Source: Paraphysomonas bandaiensis (lineage: Eukaryota > Protista > Chrysophyceae). Taken from it: a stretch of DNA of 64,000 nt. Positions within the stretch are counted from its first letter, which is position 1, and every line of letters starts with the position of its first letter. The notes below the pieces were generated by a model. That model was not told the DNA's origin. It saw only the letters and a list, made by a program, of their open reading frames with translations, and did no database searches. The position numbers and the translations under genes were made by a program. The DNA lies in NCBI GenBank assembly GCA_965644295.1, contig CBFFRP010000053.1, positions 25,826-89,825 of the forward strand. Direction: 5' to 3'. Positions 52,136-64,000 of this stretch are shown here, piece after piece.

Positions 52136-55100
52136 ATGGCCCATCGTACTGTTATCATGCTGCTAGTACTGCTATCCTGTGTAGCTGCGATGAAACAGTC
52201 CGAATGGAGTCCTCGTCCGGCCTATGCAGAGTCCACGTGGAATATATCGCTTAGTTTAGATGATACAGCCACTGTATGTGAACCGATTGGTCTTCTTCAC
52301 TCTCTCAATGTATCTTCTGTTAGTGTTGATGTTAGGAATTCACTCACTAATGAAAGTTATGGTGGCGATCGTATTTTAAAGTTTGTTCGAATCTCACCAC
52401 CTGGCGATCATGATGTAGAGAGTGCAGTTTGTCTTGAAGTTGAAGGTTCAAAGGATAAATCTTTTTCTGAATACTGTGGTACTGTTTATTCTCTTTCTGC
52501 ATGGGATGTGGTCAGACACTTTATTGATATTGAAGGCCACTGGAGCGTATGTTTTAAACTTGCAAATGAGTTTGTTGTGAATGCAATGCCCCGACAACAT
52601 CATTTCTCATATAATCGTTCTGGTCAGTATGTGTTTACGAATTCCGTTAATGTAACTAGCTTTATCATTGTTACTTCCTTCTTGGAATGGGATGAGCCAG
52701 CCCCCAATGTCCAAGATATATTAACCCAGCTTGAGTATGCGGCTACCCCTGTGGTAGTGGTAGTAGACTCTGTATTGGACACTCTCCCCGATGCCTCGCT
52801 TTGTAGCTCTAATGGTAGTGCCACGAGTGGGTCGTGTACTCTTCGATCGGCGATGGCATACTGTATCTCGATTTCTTCCACATCAGACAAATGCATCATT
52901 ACAATGCCCTCGGATGAGATAATCTTTCTCAACGACACTCTTGGTGAGTTGGTTATAGAAGATGTCACCGTCAGTATTACATTAGAGGGAAATGGTTGCA
53001 CTCTATCTACCAATTTAACAGAGCGGAATTCGGTTAGAATGCTCAGGGCTTCAGTATCCACTTCTCATGTTCTTCACTTGACCCTGAAAAACTTGAATGT
53101 AGAGCAATTCGGAGATGGATCGACAGATGGAGGTGCGATATATCTCGAAGGGGTTACATCAGTTCGTTTTGATGATGTGTCATTTGCACAAAACTGGGGG
53201 CTGCAAGGTGGATCAATATATGCGACAGATTGCAGCAACGTTAGTATCTCAGATAGTCACTTTATGATGTCGAGGGCCGAAAGCGATGGCGGGGCAATAT
53301 ATGTTGATGAATACTGTGACGATTGGAGTATCACCAACACATTATTTATCAGTAATAACGCCTCCAGTGGAAATGGTGGAGCTGTGTGCTCTAACTCCCA
53401 TAACAACTACATGCGTTTCAGTGGCTGTGTCTTTACTGGTAATGAAGCAAGTTATGGTGGTGGTGTGTCATTTGAATTTCTATCCAATGACATCGATATA
53501 TTGAATACTTCGTTTTCAGATAATGTGGGCACAGAAGGTTCCAGTATATACCTGAATAATATCATCGACACTGTTTCAATCGACAATTGTAGTTTTGTTG
53601 GTGACTTTGTACACACTGGTGTTTTGAGTGTTGCTTCTTCGTGCTCTGACGTGTGGATAACAAATAGTGTGTTCCGAGATAATATTGCGACTTCCTTTAG
53701 TGTGATTGTTCTTTCGACTAGTAATGATCACATTCACATGGACGGGTTACTATTCGAATCAAACGATGTATATCAAGGGGTAGTGGGGATTCTCTACAGT
53801 AATTCGTATGTGACGATAAGGCGTTGTGAATTTAGAGACAACACCGGTTCTGCTATATATGTCATGACGGGAAACTACGATTATGCTGTTGAAGATACCA
53901 CTTTTACTAGGAACAGTTGTCAGGGCTCTGGCGCTGTATATGTAGCTGATAATAACACTTATAACTCATTTCGAAACTGTACGTGGACAGATAATATAGC
54001 CGTCTCTGGGGCAGGTGGAGGTCTTTTTTTTGAAACGATGAATAATTTCCTCTCCATAGAAGATTGCAGATTTTATAATAACTCCGCGGATACTAATGGA
54101 GGAGCATTGGCTATATATGACCAGCACTATGACATCAGCCTATTGAATTGTACTTTTGAATCGAACAAAGCTGGACTCTATGGTGGCAATATCTATATTT
54201 CGCAACTGAATAATGCTATTAGAATTGAGAAAAGTGGTATGAGCAGCGGAATGGCAGCATATGGAGGAGGAATTCGATTTGAATACAGTAATTCCATGAT
54301 TGACATAATGGATTGCATGTTTCAGCACAATACTGGTATGGAGCACTCAGCGTTGTCTCTGGGTAAACAGAATACACAGGTAAAGATTACAAATTGCAAT
54401 TTTGTAAACAACTCTGCTTTGATTACTGGTTCTGGTGGTGCCATTGGTGCCACAGAGAGTAATGCATTTGTTGAGATCAATGATTGTCAGTTCATAAAAA
54501 ATATGGCTCCTCTCAATGGTAAGGAAGTCTTCGACCTATACTCATACGATTAGTCATTGATAGTGTTTTTTTAGGCGGGGCCATTGTGCTTTCGAAAAGC
54601 AACACATATTTTAGCTTGGAGAGATCCTTATTCGAGGCAAACGAAGCTGCTTACAATGGGGGGGCAATTTTTATGGACGACAGCAATTACAATATCGACG
54701 TATCACATTGCAACTTTACCAGAAACATCGCGACCTATGACGGAGGAGCAGTGTATGTCGCGTACCATAGTATTCAAATATACTTTAATTTTTCGGTGTT
54801 TTTGTTTAACAACGCTATAAATGGAGCAGGGATCTGTATCAATAGTCAAAACATTGAAGTTTTTGTTCAGAATAGTGTCTTTTATAAGAACGTAGTTCGT
54901 GATAACGGTGGAGCTGTATTTATTAAAGATGGCAATATCGAAGTATACCTATTCAATAACATGATCGAGTTTAATTCAGCCCTCTACGGTGGTGGTATTT
55001 CCATGCACAGTGGAAATCAAATTACACAGATTGCAAACTGCACATTTATGAGCAATACTGGACTCAGTGCTGGAGGTGCTGTGTATTCCACTATTTCCAA

Positions 55101-58100
55101 CGACAACTTTGTCATTGAGCAATGTACTTTAAGTCAGAATGACGCGGCTTATGGAGCAGCTGTCCTACTTGGAGAAGATCATAGATATTTCATCATGAGA
55201 AATTGCAACGCTTATGGAAATAGAGCAACATATGGGGCAGCGGTATACATATCAGGTTTTAACTCATACATTTCCATTGCAGCATGCAATATTACCGGGA
55301 ATGAGGCAACTTCGACTGGGGGTGGAATATATAGTTTGGCTGATTACGTTGTGGTTGAGTTCTCAATCATAAGTGAAAACAGGGCACAGATTGGAGCAGG
55401 AATGTTTTTTGATACGAACGAAATATATATATCTGGTTCTAACTCATACATTTCCATTGCAGCATGCAATATTACCGGGAATGAGGCAACTTCGACTGGG
55501 GGTGGAATATATAGTTTGGCTGATAGCATTGTGGTTGACTTCTCAATCATAAGTGAAAACAGGGCACAGATTGGAGCAGGAATGTTTTTTGATACGAACG
55601 AAATATATATATCTGGTTCTAACTCACACGTTTCCATTGCAGCATGCAATATTACCGGGAATGAGGCAACTTCGACTGGGGGTGGAATATATAGTTTGGC
55701 TGATAACATTGTTGTTGGGTACTCAATCATAAGTGAAAACAGGGCACAGATTGGAGCAGGAATGTTTTTTGATACCAACGAAATAATTCGAATTTACGGC
55801 AGTGATTTTGTTAATAATACTGCCTCTGCGCAAGGCGGTGGTATTTCTGCTACGACATGCACATTTATTTATGTACTGGAGTCCAAATTTCTGCGTAACA
55901 GTGGGATAAGTGGAGGTGCTATTGTACTCATCAAGAATAACGTCATTCGTATCAGTGAAAGTGATTTCGTTTTAAATAATGGTTCGCTCGGTGGAGCAAT
56001 ACTAAGCACTTCTTCAGTCAATGTGTCTCTTAATGGCTGCGTATTCGATAGTAATCTTGCTGAGATTGGAGGAGCGTGTTATTCGACTAACGATGAACTG
56101 TTAGAGTACGTCGCTGTGGCTTTTTATAGTAATTCTGCTGATCAAGGTGGTGCTCTCTATCTGCAACAGTCAGATAGTTGCAGTGTCACATCCTGCGTTT
56201 TTAGCAGTAATAAAGCTTCGACTAGTTCAGGGTCTGCTATTTGGATATCGGATTCGCTGTCAAGGATGACCACTAATCAATTCGTTAGTAACAGTGCCAA
56301 AAGTGGCGGTGGTACCGTATACTGGTCTGCTTTGAGTGGAATGATGGAGCCAGACGGTTTGCGTACAGATAGCAATTTATTCAGAAATAACTCTGCTGCA
56401 TATGGAGCCGACTGGGCCACCGAAGGCATCAGAATCGATATTGATAAGAGCGTTATTAATGTTGATCAATACAGTTCTCCTATTCCCGAATTGAGTGTGG
56501 TGATGCAGGATTACTATGATCAAACTGTCGTAACTGAATCTGCGGCTTTAGTTGAGATATCCATTCTCTCCGAATATTTGACGCCGGAAATGTGTTACGA
56601 CGGTGTGGGATACATAACAGGCGATTACGTTGAGTTTATGGTTGGCGGAGTTGCTAATATTTCGGAACTTCAAGCGTATTGTGCTCCTGGTTATACTTTA
56701 GGTCTTAATGTGTCGACCTCATCTTTTTGCGTGGAATCGGTTAGTTTGTCTCTTACAGCGTCATTTCTATTGAATTTCAGGGAATGTTCACGTGGCGAGT
56801 ACTATAGTAGTAAGGCATGCTTATTGTGTGCTAATGGTACGTACAGTCTAAAGGAAAATGCCGATTTATCGGTGACGCAGTGTGTTGAATGTCCACAAGA
56901 AGCAGAATCTTGTTATGGAGACCAGTTGAAGCTGAAAGAAGGTTACTGGCGTTTGAATTACGATGCGACGAGTATTCTTGCATGTCCACTTGACAAGAGA
57001 AGCTGCATTGGTGGTTGGGGTACAGGGAACGATCTCTGTGCAGAGGGTCATATTGACGCTCTATGTGCCGTGTGTGACGCATCGTATTTCTATAATTCAG
57101 CTTCAGGGAAATGTGAAAAATGCGAGGAGTCAAGCTGGGGCGACCCACTGATGTGTATTGGTGTCATTATTGTAATAGCAAGTCTTTTGTTTCTCGTAGT
57201 AAAGAGGTATCCCGATTTATCACCGACTAACTTATTGAAAAAAGTGACCATCCAAGTAATGACCTGGCGGAGTGTACGGTTTGAGAATAGAATGGAATTA
57301 GATGAATATCTTGCCATCCTAACACGCCGTCTTCAATCCCGGCTGAAGGTCTACGTAGTGTTTTATCAAATCGTGTCATCACTGCCGTTTGTATTGTACG
57401 ATTCTAAGTTTCCTCTGTCCTATATGGAGGTTGCTTCGGTGCTGAATGTGGCGAGCCTTACTACCTCTCACAGTTCCCTTGTCGGGTGTAGTTTCGCAAA
57501 ACTGGACTATATTGATTTCCTTATGATTGACACTCTATACCCGATTGCGTTGAGTCTCTGTATGTGGTGCGTGTGTAGAATACATGTATTTCTAAAGTGT
57601 AGAACAGGCACACATGAAGTAGTGAAGTTGCAGTCTAATTATTTTTCAGTGTGGTTGATGATTATGTATCTCTTGTTACCAGGAATATCAACAACAATAT
57701 TTCGAACCTACAGCTGTCAAAATGTTGATCCAGATAATGTCGAAGAAGGTTCTAATTGGTACATGCGAGCAGACTACAGCGTCTCGTGTTCTTCGAATAG
57801 ATACTTCTTTGGAGCATTATGGGCGGCAGTTATGCTTGTAGTATACCCAATCGGGATCCCATTTTTATTCTTCGTGCTTCTCTATCGGTCCCGTGTTATG
57901 ATTAAAAGTAGACACATGGTTTTTAGAAATACAAAATGCGAATCGATCAGGGAAGTAGAACTCAAGCCTTTACGAATTTTGTATGACTTCTACAAGCCTG
58001 AACGATGGTGGTGGGAGCTTGTTGAAACATCTTTTCGTTTAAACTTTACCGGGCTATTGATAGTTGTTAAACAAGGATCTGCTACCCAAGTCATCGTGGG

Positions 58101-58500
58101 GATAGCAGTTGCAATTGCTTATATTAAATTGTACCAAGTGTACACGCCGTATTCAGATTCATTCATCGGCTCTATTAAAGAATTGACCATGTGGCAACTA
58201 TTCGCGGTGTTGCTTCTTGTGCTTATTGTCAAAGCTGATTTTAGCGATGTTAATGACGCGAGACTGGGCGTTGCATTCATATTTGCCGTCTTCATCAATC
58301 TCGTATTTGAAATGGCATTAGTATTCATCCGTGCTGTTAATAAGGATGGTGCTGCTAGTAAGTGCGATATTTTAGGGCATAATGATGACGTCATAATGCA
58401 CAATGAAATTGGGAACGAAGTTTTACGGCGTCGTTCTCCCAAGGCTGATGTCCAAGGAGCTGTAGAGCTTCAGGAACGACAGACATCTACTTGTTTTTGA
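52136..58500 (+). CDS. Large membrane protein: signal peptide, Pmp-like GGAI/FxxN right-handed beta-helix, Cys-rich region and multi-pass TM domain; intron 54519..54574
   Basis: Many FxxNxA..GGAI repeats. CxxCxxGxY..C..GYWR..C Cys-rich stalk. About 7-8 hydrophobic segments with the YKPERWWWELVE motif. The intron joins the two ORFs in frame. The start could also be 52118. Confidence 0.85.
55244..55783 (+). repeat. Intragenic 180-bp (60-aa) tandem triplication
   Basis: Lines 55261, 55441 and 55621 are nearly identical (YISGxNSxxSIAACNITGNEATSTGGGIYSLAD...GMFFDTNE). Confidence 0.95.
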
Positions 58501-58637
58501 GGTATTGGTAATTTCCGAGAGATTAAAAACGCAGTCATTTCGTTTACCCTCACTATTTCTTAACAGTATATAAAAAATTTCAAATAAATAATTTTAAAAT
58601 ATCATTTCTGTCGCAAATTTAGTGACTTGTATGTTGT

Positions 58638-60350
58638 ATATTGAATGTCTTATTATTTAGCAATAGGCGTTGAAAACCTGCGCTAATTAGTGGCTAGAAG
58701 AATACTAGACATACTATTTAGACCTCTACCTATAACTAACCAATACAAACTCTTTTATCCTACTATTTAACGCTACAGAAGCTGCTTGTGCGTCGCCACA
58801 AGCACCAAGGTGCAACCACTTCCGTTCTTTGTGTGTGTTATGTTCGAATTGGACATTTCACTGAAGTTAACTTTGCTCTACACGTAAACCTTAACCTCAC
58901 AAAGCACTTTCAAGTAAGAAATTATGATTATTATTCTGAACACTTCACTACATATTCGTGTAACATATGTTGAAACATCTGTTCTTAGAAATTGAACATC
59001 TGTTTATCATATGTTCATCAGTCAGTTCTATATCTTGTATTATATTGCAGAACTCAACATGTTATAAGGCTCGCCATGATCGTGGGCCCTGGGACTCACC
59101 GGCGCGTGTGATCTGAAGGTCTCCCCTTGGGATGAGACTCCACTAGGTTAGGAGGGGGCTCAGGGTTTTGTATTAAGCTCCTGAGTGTACCGAGTTCTAG
59201 GTGGGTGGGCTGTGAGTTGGATAGAGTGGTGGGATGAGGCGTTGAATGTATGGGCACTGATGCTGTGCTCTTTTTGGACCTCGGGAGTAGATGGAGTTGC
59301 CAGAGACGGCGTCTTTGTGGGGGTCTGGACGGTGATAAATTCGTTTGGATTAGGTCGGTGGGATTTGTGTGTGAGGCGGGAGGTGGCGCAGTCGCGGGTC
59401 TTCTGTGGCCCCCTAGTAATCGCAGCACTCTCGGACGTTTCCATGGCTGACTCCGTTTCTGACGCGGTCGCGGGGGTAACCTTAGTAGGGAGTCCTTTTT
59501 GTGTAGAGTGATATAACGACGGCCGCGATCCTATAACATTAGCTTCGCTGCAGCATAAAGCGGTTGAAGTAGATCGATAACCGCTGTTTCTAGGTGTTGA
59601 AGACTTTGTGCCGTCAGGGAGTTGTGTACGTGGTCTCCCTGTTGGGCTGTTGTGATGGTTCTGGTCCAGTATCTCTCCACCTGCGGGATGGAGGGATTCA
59701 AGGCCCTACTGGAAAGTCTGTAGCGCATTTGTGACCCAGTGGGGTTGGGTCTGCTCTATTTGTATTTTTTGGAGAGCATTTTTGTGCCTTTGAAAGGCAG
59801 TCTCCCTTATCTGGGTGATGGAATCATGTGTGCAGTCTAGGCACATGTGTTGGAGAGAGTCCAGGCGAAAACCACAGTCAGAGCATGCGGCTTTAGTCTG
59901 GTCAATGCCTTGTTTGGTTTTGGCCCGGTTTCGTCCTATACAAAAAGATTTGTCCCATTTCAGTGCGGCGATAAGTACTCTCTGGCGTAAGTGTGAGCTA
60001 TCTTTATCCTTGGAAGGACCTCTATCCGCTTGAGCCAGTTTGCGCGGGAGAAGTGCCCCGCTGTCAGTCCAGTAGCCAGGCGCTCGGTCGGGATTGTGTC
60101 CATAGCATTGATCTCGATGCGCAGTGTGGGTCTCAAGTGTCCGTTAGTTGCAAAGGGCTTGAAAATCGGTAAGAAGTGGGCTCATATGATGAGGCCGTCG
60201 TATTCCGGGCAAGCGCCAGTGCCATAAACCTGCTGTTGTTAGCAAGCGTTCGATGGCTATGTCGACCTCGATTGTACAGACAGTGTAATTTTGTCGACCA
60301 AGTAGTCGGTCGACTTCGTGCCAGTCCGCACCTGCAACTTGTCATAAGCA
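58638..60350 (-). mobile_element. Decayed LINE 3' portion (RNase H C-terminus-like segment, CCHC zinc knuckle, shared 3' tail)
   Basis: Minus-strand CSDCGFRLDSLQHMCLDC (59832-59885) and ORF end VESHPKGRPSDHTRR*. Tail 58638-58840 and segment 59060-59145 match 48510-48795 in reverse complement. Confidence 0.8.
58841..59059. mobile_element. Solo LTR inserted in the LINE 3' UTR
   Basis: Starts TGTT and ends AACA, with 5-bp TSD tgtta (58836-58840 and 59060-59064). Absent from the homologous LINE copy at ~48590. Confidence 0.75.
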
Positions 60351-60429
60351 GATATGGAGTAGATTCAATTGTAATCACATGTTGAATTAATATTGGGTTA
60401 CTAATAATATAACGTAAGACGAATTAAAT

Positions 60430-61030
60430 TACTAGATGAGTACGAGCAAATAAACAAGGATAAGGACCCTTTGTTGCTATGAGGGGCTATCAAAAAGACG
60501 CATAAAGTTGCAACTAACTCTAATGTCGAGAGAGTAAGGAAAGCAGAAACGAGGCGAAAATATCAAGAGGCCAAACAAGGGCCATATGAGAGCATTGTTA
60601 GCTATAAATAACGATTTGACTACCTACTCGACCCATATAAAGATGTCGGGAATGCAGAGATGGAAGAGTCAGATATTGCAATGGATTTCTTCGAAGGCCT
60701 AGATGACACGAGATATATAGAATTCAAGACGAATTTCCTGAATGATCTCATGATGGGGACTCAATCTGCCCCAGATCACGTAAACGACATCTACGTAAAA
60801 GCCTCAAAGTTCCTGAGTCACAAGAGAACAACTAAGTCTGGAGGTGAATCAGCGTTCCTGAGCAAATCGAGCATCGGCAAAGACAAGAAATCAGCAGATA
60901 GTGATGATACACCAGAGCAACAACAGAGGAATGACACGAAATCACACAGCAGCCAACGTGCTTAGAAAAAGAGGCAGCTCATATGTTGGGGCTGTTGTGA
61001 ACCAGGCTACAGACTGAACGAATGTCCCCG
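60430..61030 (+). pseudogene. Copia-like gag remnant
   Basis: ..KDPLLL*GAIKKTH..QGPYESIVSYK*RF..DIAMDFFEGLDDTRY..ICWGCCEPGYRLNECP, with a degenerate CX2CX4HX4C and in-frame stops. Confidence 0.7.
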
Positions 61031-61146
61031 ACAACAATCAGGAAACAGTGAACAAGCATTGCATAACATCAATGCTGACTCCAACATCCAGCCATATATA
61101 GACGAGAGGGGGGAGACTTCCAGCCTGCAGTGCGCCTTGTAGTATC

Positions 61147-61462
61147 CGTATCGGCATCCTTTGTGTATTTTTGTTCCAAGATGCCTCTAATATTGAGTCA
61201 ACAATTATCTGTATTACAGCCGTAGTTGTATTGAAGTTATATAGAGGAATTTTGCTACAATTTATTTCCGAAAACTAAGATACTGACTGCCGATACGTCT
61301 ACATTGCTACATATCAGCATCCTTTGTTTATTTTTGTTCTAAGATGCCTCATATATTGAGACAACAATTATCTGTATTCCAGCCGTATTTGTATTACAGT
61401 AATATAGAAAATATTTGCTTCAATATATTTCCGAAAACATAAGATGCTGACTACCAAATACG
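61147..61462. repeat. Two diverged tandem ~160-bp units; the first has 10-bp inverted ends
   Basis: 61149-61297 resembles 61312-61462; cgtatcggca...tgccgatacg bounds the first unit. Confidence 0.75.
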
Positions 61463-61774
61463 AAACATAACATATCACAAAACAGAATACCGGGAATACA
61501 GTGTATATTGGTTTAAATAGGAAATATCCCACTTTTACGAATATTTGGATCACCGTATAACGGCCTTGCCGAACAAAAAATGTTCGGAAAATCGGTTTAT
61601 CTCCACCGTATAATTATGATATCTAGAATATCTCGATTTTACGAACACATTATTGTTCGGCATTTTTTTACCGTTTGGCCACTATCGCCATTCAAACCAT
61701 ACAACACCAATGCCCATAAACTGCAAGAACAAAGAACTTAGAACAAACAAAGAACTTAGAACAAACCAAGCACA

Positions 61775-63659
61775 ATGGATATTATTAGAGAGCAAAGTGA
61801 GTTCAGAGATGAGATTGCACAGCAAACCAAGCAGATGCGGTTAACGGATAGCACCCGCAGGCAATATGCAGACAGGGTCAGGGCCTTTGCACATTGGCTT
61901 GATGAGCATTACCCCGCCTGCGTGGAAAGAGACAACGGTGACAAGCTCACACCAATACTACCGATACCTGACGTAGTCATGGAAAAGTACATGGCTCATG
62001 TGCTTCTTAAAATAGACAGCCGCACTGGTCTGTACTATGACCCTCCACAATATTACTCGTTTGCACACGTTAATGGACATCGAAGTGCTCTTAAGAATAT
62101 GTACACGGAAAAGCGAATGAACCCTTCACCGGAAATAGAGAGTATGTTTAAGGAAACTCTCGAGGGATTCAAGAGGAAGGTTGCTGACCTTAAGCAGCGT
62201 GGCTTATTACCTTCACGAGAAGGCAAGGCTGCAATGACCATGAAAGGGTACATATTTCTTGCAGAGAAAGCAGCTAAACAGGACCATGACTTTGGACTGT
62301 ATACATTTTGTTTGTCCTATTTATTGCTATGCTGGAATTTGATAGCAAGATCTGTAACAGTTGCACATATAATGTACGATCATATATCTTGGGAGGAGGA
62401 TGCACTGACCATTAATATTGGCAAACAGAAGAATGATCAGGAGGGAAGCAAAAGGTGTTGCAACGGCATTAGCTAATTGCCCTGGTGGACCCAGTGCCAT
62501 AAATATATGGTTGCGAGCTGGATGGAGTTTAGGACCCGTTCAGAGTCGATACATATTTGAAGGAGCAGGTGGAGATCAATTTGTTGGCAGGGCAGCTACA
62601 GGTATATCAAGCAGTGATCCCGACTTTGCTATTCTTCCACCTCATTTCGATGACACTAATGGCCCGGTTCTATCCGTTGAAGAATGGGAAGACATACTGC
62701 CTGGCTTCACATCATTCTATCCTGAGAATTTTAGAGTGGCTTTGCCTTATCTTCTTGCTTCGCTGGCATATCATCATGACTGGCTATTAGAAACTCTTTC
62801 ACCAAATCATCCTCTGTTTCTTCAAAGAGTTTGGACAAGTGGTATACTACAACGTCTACGACCGAAAGTATTAACTGGTGTGTTTCGAAATGATGTGTCA
62901 AGAATGAATGCTACTGGTGTTCCACCCAATGTGATTCTAGCTAATCGTATGTCGTCGCTGGAAGCAAATGTCGGGAACTTATCTAGAGATATGCGAGGAA
63001 TGCAAACGACATTACCGGAAGCATTGTGTACGAGAATGCTTGATAAGTTTACAGTTAATGGCGCGGTGCCAATAACTAGTACCGACATCGATAGTCTACG
63101 TGAAACACTTTTAGAAGAAATCAGAACAAGATGTACTCCACATAATGTGGAGCAAATATCTACACAAGAAGAGCAATCCACATCACAAGAGAAGCCTGGA
63201 TTTTACACATGGGGAGGGCACCATCATTTGTTTCCAGAGGGCTTTCGTTTTCCAAAAGGTAACATAAAAATGCTGTGGGATCTGTGGTGGGGGGGAGAAC
63301 CTCAGAGACATATATTACCCTACAGAAAAATCAAAGGCTTCGATTTATCCCGAACTGACCGGGTAAACTGGAGTAAATGTACCTGCATCATGAACGCACT
63401 AGTCTCCAAGGGCATAGAGATGAACGAGATCGGAGCAGTAGAGGATATTAGTAGCCTACTACCACGACAAAGAGATGCGTTATTCAGCAAAGTGTTTATA
63501 CCTTTCTGTATGAACATATTCGCGGTTGCTAATCCCGTTCTTCTCGATGATATAGGCATCGGAAAAATGTCATATACGACATTCTACGATTACATGAAGG
63601 GCCGCAAGAGAAATAAACGTAGACGGAATGAAATGGAGCAAACGGAAGAAGATAATTGA
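61775..63659 (+). mobile_element. Crypton-like tyrosine-recombinase transposon with a GCR1_C-like C-terminus; internally deleted and frameshifted
   Basis: Motifs HRSAL, EGKAAM, CWNLIARS and KQKNDQEG, then directly in another frame KGVATAL..PGGP..LRAGWSLGPVQSRYIFEGAGGDQFVGRAATG..LPPHF. C-terminal FYTWGG..PEGFRFP..LWDLWWGG..PYR. Confidence 0.8.
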
Positions 63660-64000
63660 CTGGTACATGTCTCTGTTTGTGTCGTATATACGTGAGGGGG
63701 TCTGTGAGACTATTAACAGTCACCTTCACGTATATACATGAACAGACATCGCATCAATGGAGGGGTTGATGAGAATATGACGCTCAAGTAGATAGCTATC
63801 GGCTTCTGGTGTAGATATCATCTTGTTTCATGGCACTACTGACAGTTTAAAGTAACATATAAAGATGAACGTTAGATGACATACACATACAACACCATTC
63901 TACAACAGTACTCTACCACAATTATACAACAGTATACAGCAGTAATACTACATAATACCGTTCTGTTCGTATACTGTTCGTAAAAGCGGACCTTCTATAA

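Noticed and set aside
62418-62476. Programmed frameshift or intron linking the two Crypton ORFs
   Set aside because: Conserved catalytic sequence is missing at the junction, which fits a deletion, and no intron could restore it.

Overview
Gene-dense eukaryotic nuclear DNA with short GT-AG introns. It is most likely from a plastid-bearing stramenopile (ochrophyte), inferred from a Cpn20 with a signal-peptide/ASAF-like leader and from stramenopile-type Crypton, Copia and hAT remnants. About 12 host genes are present: a giant FG-GAP/Calx-beta surface protein, an RGLG/copine-like protein, a TBC-like protein, a TM-NB-ARC-PX-TPR NLR-like protein, ETF beta, Cpn20, a class-3 lipase, p23, MFAP1, a beta-helix/multi-TM protein and two hypothetical proteins. 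Transposon debris lies downstream of gene 3' ends. The most interesting signal is a family of ~510-bp non-coding retroposons, with at least 5 copies or fragments, all on the minus strand. Their 5' end is fixed by target-site duplications at the first base of an HDV-like ribozyme fold resembling the trypanosomatid L1Tc/ingi 5' hallmark. Their ~190-nt structured 3' tail is shared with three LINE remnants in the same window. The inference is a LINE plus ribozyme-headed SINE system. All calls were made by eye, and no database searches or folding programs were run.
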